Shown in pieces: positions 53,774 through 62,998 of a DNA stretch of 64,000 bases. The notes under the pieces were generated by a model, which was not told the origin of the DNA, searched no databases, and saw nothing but the letters and a program-made list of their open reading frames with translations. The stretch comes from an uncultured Verrucomicrobiae bacterium (GTDB lineage: Bacteria > Chlamydiota > Chlamydiia > Chlamydiales > JAFEGQ01): positions 859,749 to 923,748 of the forward strand of contig CAVUAA010000001.1 of NCBI GenBank assembly GCA_963739345.1, written 5' to 3'. The position numbers were made by a program, and so were the translations under genes. The first letter of the stretch is position 1; each line of letters begins with the position of its first letter.

Positions 53774-54525
53774 GCTAGGTAAAATACCAGCCAATCTAAG
53801 AAGGTAGGAAATGCGAGCGTCTCCCCTCCACTTCCCTTCGCCTGTGGGTCTGAGAGTGAGTGCTCCTGTGCAGAATAGTAGAGATTGCCCATCTCCTGCT
53901 CGGGATACCAATCAGCATAGAAACACTGGTAGGAATCGAGGCCGTAGCTTTGATAGAAGGGGATGAGATGGTTGCCGTTGACCAGTTCCCGATTGCGGAG
54001 GGTGAGTGGCCCCTCCAGCTGGAGACGCGCTGGAACCTCTTCAACAGAAAGGACTCCGGTATCACCAGCTTTTCCAAAGCCGTTGTGAATTTTGAAGAAG
54101 GCGAGGTAGTCGCTGGGCAGCTCGTGAGCGACGTGGGCAGCGCGGAAGCGTAGCACCTCGTTCCGATCAGCTGGCGGCTTTCCCCAATAGAAACCGGAGC
54201 CGTCGGCGAGCGAGTAGAGAAGGAGGAACTCGAAAGGGGCCCCCTCGTTCTCCTGCGTCATCAAGACGCCTACATCATCGAGCTCCTTGAAAAAGCATTC
54301 AATGGGGTGCTGGGTGCGGGGGTGGTAAGGAAGAGTGGCGGCCCAAAAACCGCGGGTGAAATCGACCCGGTCTTCTGCTGTCAGTCTCGAGAGCTCAAAC
54401 CAGCCGCGGGGGAGATCGGGGCAGCATTCAGAGAGCTGTTCCCACGAAGCATTCTCATCCTCGTGCAAGGCGACTACCTTGTGAAACCGGTCGCTTCTGA
54501 AGTAGTTGCGAACTTGCTTGTTCAT
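53761..54525 (-). CDS. SMI1/KNR4 (SUKH)-like protein
   Basis: ELPSDYLAFFKIHNGFG...LIPFYQSYGLDSYQCFY resembles the SUKH-1 LPxDYxxFLxxxNG ... pattern. It lies between comEC and hprK and overlaps the hprK start by 13 nt. Confidence 0.45.
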   Translation of the reverse strand: MNKQVRNYFRSDRFHKVVALHEDENASWEQLSECCPDLPRGWFELSRLTAEDRVDFTRGFWAATLPYHPRTQHPIECFFKELDDVGVLMTQENEGAPFEFLLLYSLADGSGFYWGKPPADRNEVLRFRAAHVAHELPSDYLAFFKIHNGFGKAGDTGVLSVEEVPARLQLEGPLTLRNRELVNGNHLIPFYQSYGLDSYQCFYADWYPEQEMGNLYYSAQEHSLSDPQAKGSGGETLAFPTFLDWLVFYLACIH

Positions 54526-54543
54526 TTGAGAATCGAGAATGGA

Positions 54544-55902
54544 CTACCGGTGCAAAAAATAGCAAGAGGGCCCCCCATGAGACAATCGCCCAGGTGGGGA
54601 TGCCGTCGAAGTGGAGCACCACCTCGAGGGAGGGGGGACGGCGCGAGTGATATCGATGGCAAGTCCGAGCACCGCCTCGACTGGCCACCACCAACCGGTG
54701 ACGGCCGCCAAGGGCATGAGGAGCATGGCCACCGTCACGAGGAGCGGGAAGAAGAGGTTGTAGAGAAGGCTAAGGATAGGGAACTGGCCAAAGTGATAGA
54801 GGGTGAGAGGGAGGGCGATGAGGTGAACAGCGAGGAGGAGGGCCACCGCCCGTCTAAATAGGGTGAGGAGGAGATAGCCGTGCTGGTCGAGGAGGGAGAG
54901 ACGGCGCGCCTCCTTTAAGTCAAAATGGGAAAAGAGGAAGCGGAGCGCTCGTTCCATCGGCTGATAATAGAGGAGAATGGCAGCGGTACAAAAGAAGCTG
55001 AACTGAAAGCCGATGGAGCGGACGCATAGCGGATCGAGGAGAAGAACCACAAGAAGAGCGAGGCCCAATGCATTAAGAGCATCACACCGCCTCCCGATCA
55101 CCCATCCACTAAGAACCGCCACCGCCATCACCCACGCCCGCTGGACCGACGGGCTGTAGCCGATAAAAACAAAGTAGCTCGAAAGGAGGAGGACAAGAAC
55201 AGAGCCTGCCACTCGGGCCGAAAGGAGGGGACGCAAGATCGCCCCCAAAAAGAGAGCAACGAGCGAGAAGTGGAAGCCGGAGATGGCCATCAGGTGTTGA
55301 AGACCGAGCCGCTGAAAATCCCACATGAGCGTCGGCTCGTTGAAGTCGCCTGTCACCAAGCCAACGCCAAATTCAGCCGCTCTTCGGTCCCGAATCCGCC
55401 GCCTCAGGTAGCGCCCCACACGACTCTTCACCCCGTGGCGCCACTCGGCCGCCGACCATGTGTGAGAGACCTCCTCCCACGGAACAGTGGGATCGATCAC
55501 CAGCCGCCGCCCATCGATCAGTTCTCCCGTCACCACATAATCGCGATCGCACGGCGGCCGCTCCCACTTTGAAGAGAAGTAGGCGTTCACCGGCACCCGT
55601 CGCCCCCCAAATCCATCGATGTGACCCTGCAATCGGTGACCGTGAGAGAAGCGAGAAGCAGTCGTTGACAGGTCGGTAATGTGGAGCACTCCCCGACCAA
55701 CTGTATCGGTCGGCGGAGCAAAGCTGATACTGGCAAAAAGATAAGCGGCCAACACCACCGGCGTCCACCGCCACACCAATGGAAGCGCGAGCAGCACCCA
55801 CCACGTGTGGGGCATGCTGGCCCCAATCAGAGCGGCCACTCCTATGTAAAGAAGCGGACTATTTATCGTGCTCGAGTGGTCGGTTGATGAGTCTAGCTCC
55901 AC
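54544..55902 (-). CDS. comEC: ComEC/Rec2-family competence membrane protein (competence domain only)
   Basis: Polytopic. LGLQHLMAISGFHFSLVALFLGAIL matches the conserved ComEC core motif (LxISGxH). GTG start; the internal Met at 55812 is an alternative. Confidence 0.75.
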   Translation of the reverse strand: MELDSSTDHSSTINSPLLYIGVAALIGASMPHTWWVLLALPLVWRWTPVVLAAYLFASISFAPPTDTVGRGVLHITDLSTTASRFSHGHRLQGHIDGFGGRRVPVNAYFSSKWERPPCDRDYVVTGELIDGRRLVIDPTVPWEEVSHTWSAAEWRHGVKSRVGRYLRRRIRDRRAAEFGVGLVTGDFNEPTLMWDFQRLGLQHLMAISGFHFSLVALFLGAILRPLLSARVAGSVLVLLLSSYFVFIGYSPSVQRAWVMAVAVLSGWVIGRRCDALNALGLALLVVLLLDPLCVRSIGFQFSFFCTAAILLYYQPMERALRFLFSHFDLKEARRLSLLDQHGYLLLTLFRRAVALLLAVHLIALPLTLYHFGQFPILSLLYNLFFPLLVTVAMLLMPLAAVTGWWWPVEAVLGLAIDITRAVPPPSRWCSTSTASPPGRLSHGGPSCYFLHR

Positions 55903-57118
55903 GTTGGGAAGTAATATACTGGAACATCCAGTTCAGGAAAACCGTGGTCCGGTTGCGGAACCCCACCAGGTAGACGATGTGGATCAAACCCCACGCCAAC
56001 CAGGCGGGGTAGCCGGTGAACATGAGATCACTCACCATTCCCACCGCCTTGTTCTTCCCGATCGTCGCCAACGACCCTTTGTCGCGGTAGGAAAACTTGG
56101 GACGCTTCTCGTGCGGGATCCTTTTACGGATCATTTTCGCCACATACCGCCCCTGCTGCACTGCCACGGGCGCAAGACCGGGCAGCGGCTTGTCCCCCCG
56201 TCCGATAAAACAGGCTGCATCACCGATCACAAAGATCTCCGGATGTCCAGGGATCGAGCAGTCGTGCAACACCTTCGCCCGCCCCTGACGATCCAGTTCG
56301 GTATCAAGCGTCTTCAAGAGAGGCGAAGCCTGGTTGCCGGCAGCCCAAATCACATTGCGAGCTGGGATAAACTGATCGCCCAGCTGCACTCCCTCTTTGG
56401 TGATATTGGTCACCATCGTGTTGAGCACCACCTTCACCCCGAGCCCCTCAAGGTCCTTCTGAGCCCGCTTCCCCAGCTTCTCCGGGTAGACTGGGAGGAT
56501 CTGCCCCGCCCCCTCAACCAGATAGATCTTGGTGGTTTGGGTATTGATCCGCCGAAAGTCCTTGATCATCGTCTTGTGGGCGATCTCCGCAATGGCGCCA
56601 GCCACCTCAACGCCTGTCGGCCCACCGCCAATTACTACGAAATTGAGATACCTCTCCGCCTCCGAAATGCTATCGGACCGCTCCGCCTTTTCGAACGAGA
56701 TAAGCAGTCGCTCCCGAATCCGGAGGGCATCGACCATCGTCTTGATCCCCGGCGCGTTCTCTTCCCACTCGTCGTGCCCAAAATAGGAGTGGCGAGCACC
56801 CGGCGCCATAATCAAATAGTCATAGGCGATCTCCTCACCGTTGGCCAAGACAAGCAGCTTCGCCGCCTTTTTAATCTCGACCACCTCAGCCATGTTGACG
56901 ATCACATTCTTCTGGTCACGAAATACCTCCCGAATCGGCACCGCGATGTCCCCCGGGGAGAGGCCAGCACTGGCCACCTGATAGAGGAGCGGCTGGAAGA
57001 GATGGTGATTGGTTCGGTCCAGGAGCATCACCTGCGCCGTCTTCTTTTTCAGCCCCTTGGCCGCGTTGAGCCCCCCGAAGCCACCACCGATAATCACCAC
57101 CTTTGCCACTGCAACCAT
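55859..57118 (-). CDS. ndh: type II NADH:quinone oxidoreductase (NDH-2)
   Basis: VVIIGGGFGGLNAAKGL and a second dinucleotide fold FVVIGGGPTGVEVAGAIAE. The start was chosen at MVAVAKVVIIGGG; the track ORF extends to 57178. Confidence 0.85.
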   Translation of the reverse strand: MVAVAKVVIIGGGFGGLNAAKGLKKKTAQVMLLDRTNHHLFQPLLYQVASAGLSPGDIAVPIREVFRDQKNVIVNMAEVVEIKKAAKLLVLANGEEIAYDYLIMAPGARHSYFGHDEWEENAPGIKTMVDALRIRERLLISFEKAERSDSISEAERYLNFVVIGGGPTGVEVAGAIAEIAHKTMIKDFRRINTQTTKIYLVEGAGQILPVYPEKLGKRAQKDLEGLGVKVVLNTMVTNITKEGVQLGDQFIPARNVIWAAGNQASPLLKTLDTELDRQGRAKVLHDCSIPGHPEIFVIGDAACFIGRGDKPLPGLAPVAVQQGRYVAKMIRKRIPHEKRPKFSYRDKGSLATIGKNKAVGMVSDLMFTGYPAWLAWGLIHIVYLVGFRNRTTVFLNWMFQYITSQRGARLINRPLEHDK

Positions 57119-57247
57119 CGCCAATATCCTCCCTGTAAAGTATCTGTTTACCAAATTATGAATATATCGCAAAGGCAAACATCTTAAGTCGCTGATTGCG
57201 AGCCCTTTAATCTTCTAGTTTAACCTAGAAATTATTACCCTAAACTG

Positions 57248-57256
57248 TGGTATAAT
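57248..57256 (+). promoter_or_regulatory. candidate extended -10 promoter element (TGGTATAAT) for the 57287 gene
   Basis: TG-n-TATAAT lies in an AT-rich intergenic tract about 30 nt upstream of the GAGGAG RBS and the ATG at 57287. I found no convincing -35. Confidence 0.35.
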
Positions 57257-57286
57257 TAAAGTAGAACCAATGAGGAGTTTAATCAC

Positions 57287-58033
57287 ATGCCTTCAACAGG
57301 ACCTATACACCCCGACCCATCTGTTGCCATTCCACCTCCACAGTCGAAGGAGGCGCTATTCCATAAGGGGATGAGCGCGGCCTCGCTAATCGCTGAGCTG
57401 GGGGTGATTCTTAGAAACCAGATCGACGGCATTGAGCAGGACAACTACCAGATCAAGATGACCAAGTGGCTGCAGGAGGGTTTGAAAGAGTTCACCCAAG
57501 CCATCTCCGAAATGCAGGCCGGCACCTATCCTAAGGGGATCAACGATCTCCTCAAGGCGCTCCGCGATCTCCACGACATCCATCTAATGAGCGCCAAGCA
57601 GCTTGGCGGCCCCTTTGGCGTCAAGGAGGGCGAAGGGATCAAGTCGGCAATCGCAACCATATATAATGGAGTAAAGAAAGCGCTCGGCGGCTTCCTCAAG
57701 CCAGGCGCGGAAGGAGTTGGGGATGCTGGTGCAGGCAAGCTTCTGCAAAACTATCTTGAGGATCCCAGTAAGCATCCGCTCACCGTCAACCAGATGAAAC
57801 ACATGCAATACGCCATTAATCAGATGATCGGACTGGCGCTCACCCCCATGAACGGTTTGAGCATCGCGATCAACGACCAAGTCTCTGCTCTTGACGCCAT
57901 GTCGGCCCTTGCCATTGCCAACTTTGGTCGTGGCAAGAACAACGGAGTCTCTGCCCTTCAGATCATGGGTAAGACCACCAGCCAATTCTGGAAGATCCTC
58001 ATTCAAATGATCTCCACCCTCCAATCCGGCTAG
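57287..58033 (+). CDS. hypothetical all-helical protein (248 aa), candidate secreted effector/translocator-like
   Basis: A good RBS (GAGGAG) and no signal peptide or TM helix. The N-terminus is proline-rich and probably disordered. No family was recognised. Confidence 0.5.
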   Translation: MPSTGPIHPDPSVAIPPPQSKEALFHKGMSAASLIAELGVILRNQIDGIEQDNYQIKMTKWLQEGLKEFTQAISEMQAGTYPKGINDLLKALRDLHDIHLMSAKQLGGPFGVKEGEGIKSAIATIYNGVKKALGGFLKPGAEGVGDAGAGKLLQNYLEDPSKHPLTVNQMKHMQYAINQMIGLALTPMNGLSIAINDQVSALDAMSALAIANFGRGKNNGVSALQIMGKTTSQFWKILIQMISTLQSG

Positions 58034-58126
58034 TACCGATTGGGGCCAGGCCCCGATCGGTACACTAGCTCAATTTGCGCATCATTGACCGAAATCGCCT
58101 TTTGGCGGATACTCTACCCTCTCTAT

Positions 58127-58201
58127 GGCGGTCGTAGCTCAGTTGGTTAGAGCGTCGGATTGTGATTCCGAAGGTCGCGGGTTCGAGCCCCGTCGATCGC
58201 C
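58127..58201 (+). tRNA. tRNA-His (GTG)
   Basis: Extra 5' G(-1) typical of tRNA-His. Acceptor stem GCGGTCG/CGATCGC, anticodon arm TCGGA-TTGTGAT-TCCGA, T-arm GCGGGTTCGAGCCCCGT. A T-run follows. Confidence 0.92.
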
Positions 58202-58207
58202 CATTTT

Positions 58208-58960
58208 TTGCTGGGAGTAGGTTTGTCAAACTGGTTGGCTCTATTGCTAGGCCTTGTCCAAGGTCTCACTGAATTTTTACCCGTTAGCTCCTCAGGCCAC
58301 CTCAAGCTCTGTCAGCTCTTTTTTGGGCTCGAAACCCTAGAACAGTACGTTTTTTTTGATCTAGTCTGCCACGGCGGCACCCTCCTCGCCATCTTAGTGG
58401 TCCTAAGAAAAGAGATCCTCACCCTCAATCGGCGAACAATCCTCCTCCTCACCCTCGGCACCCTCCCCCTCTGTCTCGCTCTCCTCTTCAAGCGACAAAT
58501 CGAGACTCTCTACGGCGCCACCTCGCTCCTCGGCCTCTGGTTTTTGCTCACCGGCGTCATCCTCCTCATTGGCGAGCGGTGGAGGCCAGGAACTCCCGGA
58601 AAACGGTGGAGCGCAGTCAGTGTGGGCTGCGCACAGCTCCTTGCTCTCATGCCGGGGGTGTCGCGCAGTGGCGCCACCATCTCAGCTGGGCGGGTGCTCG
58701 GCTGGGAGCGGATGGAGGCGGCCCGTTTTGCCTTTCTCCTCGCCATCCCCGCCATCGGCGGCGGCATGCTGATTGAGGGGATGAGCGCGACAGCCGCGGC
58801 GGTCCCCCTCCCCACCTACCTGATCGGCTTCGTCACATCCTTCCTGGTCGGCATGCTCGCCCTCCTCGGCCTCCTCAAGCTCATTCAGCGCTTTAATCTT
58901 CTCCCCTTCGCCTGGTATACATTAGCGGTAGGAACCTTTACCCTGATTTACACACGATGA
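58208..58960 (+). CDS. uppP: undecaprenyl-diphosphate phosphatase
   Basis: LGLVQGLTEFLPVSSSGHL and PGVSRSGATISAG are the two BacA/UppP signature motifs. Confidence 0.9.
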   Translation: MLGVGLSNWLALLLGLVQGLTEFLPVSSSGHLKLCQLFFGLETLEQYVFFDLVCHGGTLLAILVVLRKEILTLNRRTILLLTLGTLPLCLALLFKRQIETLYGATSLLGLWFLLTGVILLIGERWRPGTPGKRWSAVSVGCAQLLALMPGVSRSGATISAGRVLGWERMEAARFAFLLAIPAIGGGMLIEGMSATAAAVPLPTYLIGFVTSFLVGMLALLGLLKLIQRFNLLPFAWYTLAVGTFTLIYTR

Positions 58961-61068
58961 CACAGAAGACAGCCACCATCACACCTGAACTGCGCGGCAT
59001 GGGCGTCCTCCTCGGCACCTTCCTCCTCCTCTTGAGCTTGCTGCGAGGGCAGGCGCACGACCTCGGCGTCGTCGGCTTCGCCACCAGCTGGTTCTTCCAA
59101 TTCACGTTTGGCCTCGGCAGCTTCATGATTGTTGGCTATCTTGTCTGGTGGAGTTGGCGGATGCTCACCGGTAAGCTTCCCGAGCGGCCACGGCGCGAAC
59201 TTATCTGGTTCTCCACTCTCCTCCTCTCAGTGAATGTTCTACTCAGCGTCATCTCCGTCGCGTGGCCGGGCGTCGCCGCCTTCTGCCGCCCACTCATCTA
59301 CTCCGACACCATCACTCATGTCGCCCCTTTGGCCTATGGAGAGGTGCGCTACCCCCTCGGCGGCCTCCCCCTCTACCTCCTCTACACCGACCTCCCTCTC
59401 ATCAACCTCCGCCACCTCCTCAGCTCCATCGGCACCACCATCATCTTCTCCGCCCTTGCCGCCGCCTCCATCCTCGCCCTCACGGAGATTAGGCTCCTCC
59501 CCCTCCTCAAGCAGGCGCTCCAAAAGCGGCCCAAGGTCACCCTTAAAACACCTCCCCGTCGGGTCGTCCTCCCCAAGGTGCCGCCTCCTCCCTCCAAGCC
59601 CAAGCCACAGCAGATGCCAACACCGACCCCAACCTCAACACGCCGGGTCCGCGCCTACGACCTCCCCGCCGACAACATGCTCACCGAGCCACAACACGTT
59701 GACATGGCCGACCTGAAAAAAGAGCTTCAAAAACAAGCGCAAGTTCTAGAGGAGACTCTTCAGAACTTCGGCATCGAAGCCAAAGTTGGCGAGATCAACT
59801 GCGGCCCCACCATCGCCTCCTTCGAAGTGCACCCTTCCGTCGGCGTCAAAGTGCAAAAGATCAAGGCGCTCGAGAACGACATCGCTCTGAATTTGCAAGC
59901 ACGATCTATTCGAATCATCGCACCCATTCCTGGAAAAGCGGCCGTCGGCATCGAAATCCCCAACCCCAAGCCGCAGGGGGTGGTCTTCAAAGAGATGCTC
60001 GCTGCCTATCATGGGAGCAAGAAAAAGTGTGGCATCCCCCTTCTTCTCGGAAAGGCGGTTAATGGCGAAGCGGTCATCACAGATCTGGCCAAAATGCCCC
60101 ACCTCATCATCGCCGGCGCCACCGGCTCCGGAAAATCGGTCTGCGTCAACGCCATCATCATGTCCATCCTTCTCAACATGCGCCCCGACGAGATCCGTCT
60201 TCTTATGATCGATCCCAAAAAGGTGGAGCTCACCCCCTACTCCCGCCTCCCCCACATGCTCGCCCCCGTCGTCACCGAGCCGCACGAGGCGTGCATGGCC
60301 CTCAACTGGCTCGTCAAAGAGATGGAGAATCGATATGAGATCTGCCGCCGCGTCGGCGTCCGCAATATCGACTCTTTCAACTGCCGCAAACGGAATGTCG
60401 CCAAAGAGGCCGAGCTCGAGATTGACATTCCCGAGCATCTTCCCTACATCGTCGGCATCGTCGATGAGCTCGCCGACCTCATGATGGCCTCACAGAGCGA
60501 CATCGAAACCCCCATCACCCGCATCGCCCAGATGGCCCGCGCCGTCGGCATCCACCTCATCCTCGCCACCCAGCGCCCCTCCCGTGAGGTAATCACCGGC
60601 CTCATCAAGGCCAACTTCCCCGCCCGTATCGCCTTCAAAGTGGCCAACCGGATCAACTCGCAGATCATCCTCGACGACACTGGCGCCGAATCGCTCCTCG
60701 GCAACGGCGACATGCTCCTCCTCCCCCCCGGCACCGCCAATCTCATCCGCGCCCAAGGAACCTACGTCAGCGACAACGACATCAACTCCGTCATCGCCCA
60801 CATCTGCGAACAAGCCCCCACCGACTACCAAATTGAGAACTTCCGCGACGCCCCCGGCATGGGCGCACAAGACGCATCTGAAAGGGATACACTCTACGAA
60901 GATGCCCTCTCCCTTGTCACCTCTACCGGCGTTGCCTCCACCACCTTCCTCCAGCGCAAGCTTAAAGTGGGCTACGCCCGCGCCGCCTCCATCATGGATC
61001 AGCTCGAGCAAAACAGCATCATCGGCCCCCAAGAAGGCGCAAAACCCCGTCGTGTGTTAACTAGTTAG
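58957..61068 (+). CDS. ftsK: DNA translocase FtsK
   Basis: N-terminal TM helices, a Pro-rich linker, and a motor domain with Walker A GATGSGKSVC, IVDELADLMM and ATQRPS. The C-terminal gamma domain reads TTFLQRKLKVGYARAASIMDQLE. Confidence 0.92.
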   Translation: MTQKTATITPELRGMGVLLGTFLLLLSLLRGQAHDLGVVGFATSWFFQFTFGLGSFMIVGYLVWWSWRMLTGKLPERPRRELIWFSTLLLSVNVLLSVISVAWPGVAAFCRPLIYSDTITHVAPLAYGEVRYPLGGLPLYLLYTDLPLINLRHLLSSIGTTIIFSALAAASILALTEIRLLPLLKQALQKRPKVTLKTPPRRVVLPKVPPPPSKPKPQQMPTPTPTSTRRVRAYDLPADNMLTEPQHVDMADLKKELQKQAQVLEETLQNFGIEAKVGEINCGPTIASFEVHPSVGVKVQKIKALENDIALNLQARSIRIIAPIPGKAAVGIEIPNPKPQGVVFKEMLAAYHGSKKKCGIPLLLGKAVNGEAVITDLAKMPHLIIAGATGSGKSVCVNAIIMSILLNMRPDEIRLLMIDPKKVELTPYSRLPHMLAPVVTEPHEACMALNWLVKEMENRYEICRRVGVRNIDSFNCRKRNVAKEAELEIDIPEHLPYIVGIVDELADLMMASQSDIETPITRIAQMARAVGIHLILATQRPSREVITGLIKANFPARIAFKVANRINSQIILDDTGAESLLGNGDMLLLPPGTANLIRAQGTYVSDNDINSVIAHICEQAPTDYQIENFRDAPGMGAQDASERDTLYEDALSLVTSTGVASTTFLQRKLKVGYARAASIMDQLEQNSIIGPQEGAKPRRVLTS

Positions 61069-61071
61069 AAT

Positions 61072-61980
61072 ATGGAGATCTACGACCCCGAGTCGACCCC
61101 CCAGAACACCTACCTCAAACTGTGGGGGACGCGCGGCTCTGTCCCCGTCTCAGGTGCCCACCACACCCGCTTTGGGGGAAACACCGCCTGCCTCGAGATC
61201 CGCCGCTCCGACCACCTGATCATCATCGACGCTGGCACCGGCATCCGGGCTCTTGGTGATGAACTCTTAACGACTAAGTTCCGCGAAATCCACTTGATCA
61301 TCGGCCACAACCACTGGGACCACGTGATCGGCTTTCCCTTCTTCCAACCCCTCTACCGCTCCGACTTCGTCGTCCACATCTACGGCCCCACCCACTACGG
61401 TAAGAACACCGAGGCCGCCCTCCAGCAGATCCTCGAGCCCCACCACTTCCCCGTCCGCCTTGACGAGCTAAAGTGCTCCCTCCACTTCCACGAGATCGCC
61501 CCTGGCGACACCGTTGAAATAGGGGACGTCAAAATCGACACCTGCGCCTGCGACCACCCCGGTGGAGCCCTCGGCTTCCGCATCCACCAGCCGGACCACT
61601 CCATCGCCTACATGACCGACAACGAGTTTCTTAAAGGCTACCGCGGCCACCCCAACGACATCACCCTCGACTCTGAAGCGCTCGCCCCCTACCGTGACTT
61701 TGTCGAATTTGTCCACGGCTCCGACCTCCTCATCCACGAAGCGCAATACACCCCCCGCGAATATGCCGGTCGCATTGGCTGGGGGCACACCTCCATGTCC
61801 AACGCCGCCGCCCTCCTCCGCCTAGCCAACATCCGCGAATGGGTCGTCACCCACCACGACCCCGCAGCCACCGACGACCGCCTCCGCACCCGTCTCCAGC
61901 TCATGTGGCAGATCCTCCGCGAATGCAATACCCACTGCCACGTCTCCATGGCCTCCGACGGCATGAAACTTCTCCTTTGA
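61072..61980 (+). CDS. MBL-fold metallo-hydrolase
   Basis: The HLIIGHNHWDHVIGFPFF (HxHxDH) motif, plus downstream DHPGGALGF and HEAQY... elements. Confidence 0.75.
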   Translation: MEIYDPESTPQNTYLKLWGTRGSVPVSGAHHTRFGGNTACLEIRRSDHLIIIDAGTGIRALGDELLTTKFREIHLIIGHNHWDHVIGFPFFQPLYRSDFVVHIYGPTHYGKNTEAALQQILEPHHFPVRLDELKCSLHFHEIAPGDTVEIGDVKIDTCACDHPGGALGFRIHQPDHSIAYMTDNEFLKGYRGHPNDITLDSEALAPYRDFVEFVHGSDLLIHEAQYTPREYAGRIGWGHTSMSNAAALLRLANIREWVVTHHDPAATDDRLRTRLQLMWQILRECNTHCHVSMASDGMKLLL

Positions 61981-62050
61981 GACTGAGCCTTAGCGGCCTG
62001 CAAAATAATCATTTGTCATGATAGGATGAGGGGTACGGGGGGAGCTGACT

Positions 62051-62608
62051 ATGGCCAAGATTCGATTGAAGGAGCCCTACTTGGGCAACATTGCACTTTG
62101 TCTGGTGGCTGCAGAAGCCATCGAAGAACTGCAAGAGGCGTGTGAGGAGCTGGGGCATGTGGCTGAGGCGGCCACCAGGGCACACGTCGCCATCGCACAG
62201 CTACATGAAGATTGGGCCAACTGGCTCGAGGATCCAACCCAAGAGACCCTGCAGCCAGTGCTAGCCGACCTGCACGATCTCAAAGCTCTCCAACCTCGCC
62301 TCTATCAGGAAGTACTCAGCTTCTTCGAGCCAGCTGACCAAGAGATCACCGCTCACCTCAATGGGAAAATGACATTGGGCGACGTGCATGCCAAATTCCT
62401 CGACCTGACAGAAGACCCTCACCAGATGCCCAGCTGGGCGCGCGCCATTTCAGAGGCCAACATCTTAGAGATAACTATTCTCGATGCCATCGCAAAAAAC
62501 ACCCATCCGACGCTCTGTCTCCTCTACGGACAGGCGCAGGCGGTCTTTCACTCAGCTATAGTGCAACCTGTCTCCGAAGGTCACCCAGAAGCTCCTTCAC
62601 CTGAGTGA
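62051..62608 (+). CDS. hypothetical acidic helical protein
   Basis: 185 aa with no TM helix or signal peptide and no recognised family. Its 3' end overlaps the convergent FliS-like gene by 53 nt. Confidence 0.4.
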   Translation: MAKIRLKEPYLGNIALCLVAAEAIEELQEACEELGHVAEAATRAHVAIAQLHEDWANWLEDPTQETLQPVLADLHDLKALQPRLYQEVLSFFEPADQEITAHLNGKMTLGDVHAKFLDLTEDPHQMPSWARAISEANILEITILDAIAKNTHPTLCLLYGQAQAVFHSAIVQPVSEGHPEAPSPE

Positions 62609-62921
62609 TGGCCGTCGTGTCATAGGCGAGAGTGGCCTGGGCGATGTTGAAATCCATGTAATCATAGATGCGAAAGAGATTGGCCGCCGTCGGCCCTCCG
62701 TGCTGGAGGTCGAGCGCCTTGATCAGCTCCGTGAGAAGCCCTTGCGCCGCCACTAGCCGCCGACAGTAGGTGTCGGTCCATGAAGGGGCGTGATCCCTGA
62801 TCGCCACCTCCGCTTCAGAGAGCAGTTTGGCCAGATCATCATAACGATCAATGATCGCATCGGCCGAAATCACATTCACTTGACTCGCCATCATCGCACC
62901 CCACTTACGCACTTGCTTCAC
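62556..62921 (-). CDS. FliS-like export chaperone
   Basis: Colinear by eye with B. subtilis FliS as recalled from memory. SADAIIDRYDDLAKLLSEAEVAI aligns with TPGELTLMLYNGCLKFIRLAAQAI. AAQGLLTELIKALDLQHGGPTAANLFRIYDYMDFNIAQATL aligns with KAQNIIQELNFTLNRNIELSASMGAMYDYMYRRLVQANI. The size (~111-121 aa) fits. Confidence 0.55.
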   Translation of the reverse strand: MKQVRKWGAMMASQVNVISADAIIDRYDDLAKLLSEAEVAIRDHAPSWTDTYCRRLVAAQGLLTELIKALDLQHGGPTAANLFRIYDYMDFNIAQATLAYDTTAITQVKELLGDLRRQVAL

Positions 62922-62998
62922 CTATCTATTATAAACTTTTTATTTGTCAATCTTTTTCAGATTGAGATTAAGGGACTTGATCGGCTACACCGTTTTCG

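Noticed and set aside
55868-57187. 439-aa plus-strand ORF that exactly mirrors the ndh gene
   Set aside because: The opposite strand encodes a protein with clear NDH-2 dinucleotide-binding motifs. The mirror ORF is Arg/Pro/His-rich and low-complexity, as expected for antisense frames in high-GC DNA.
59746-61032. 230-aa and 180-aa minus-strand ORFs antisense to ftsK
   Set aside because: Antisense artefacts. FtsK motor motifs are on the plus strand.
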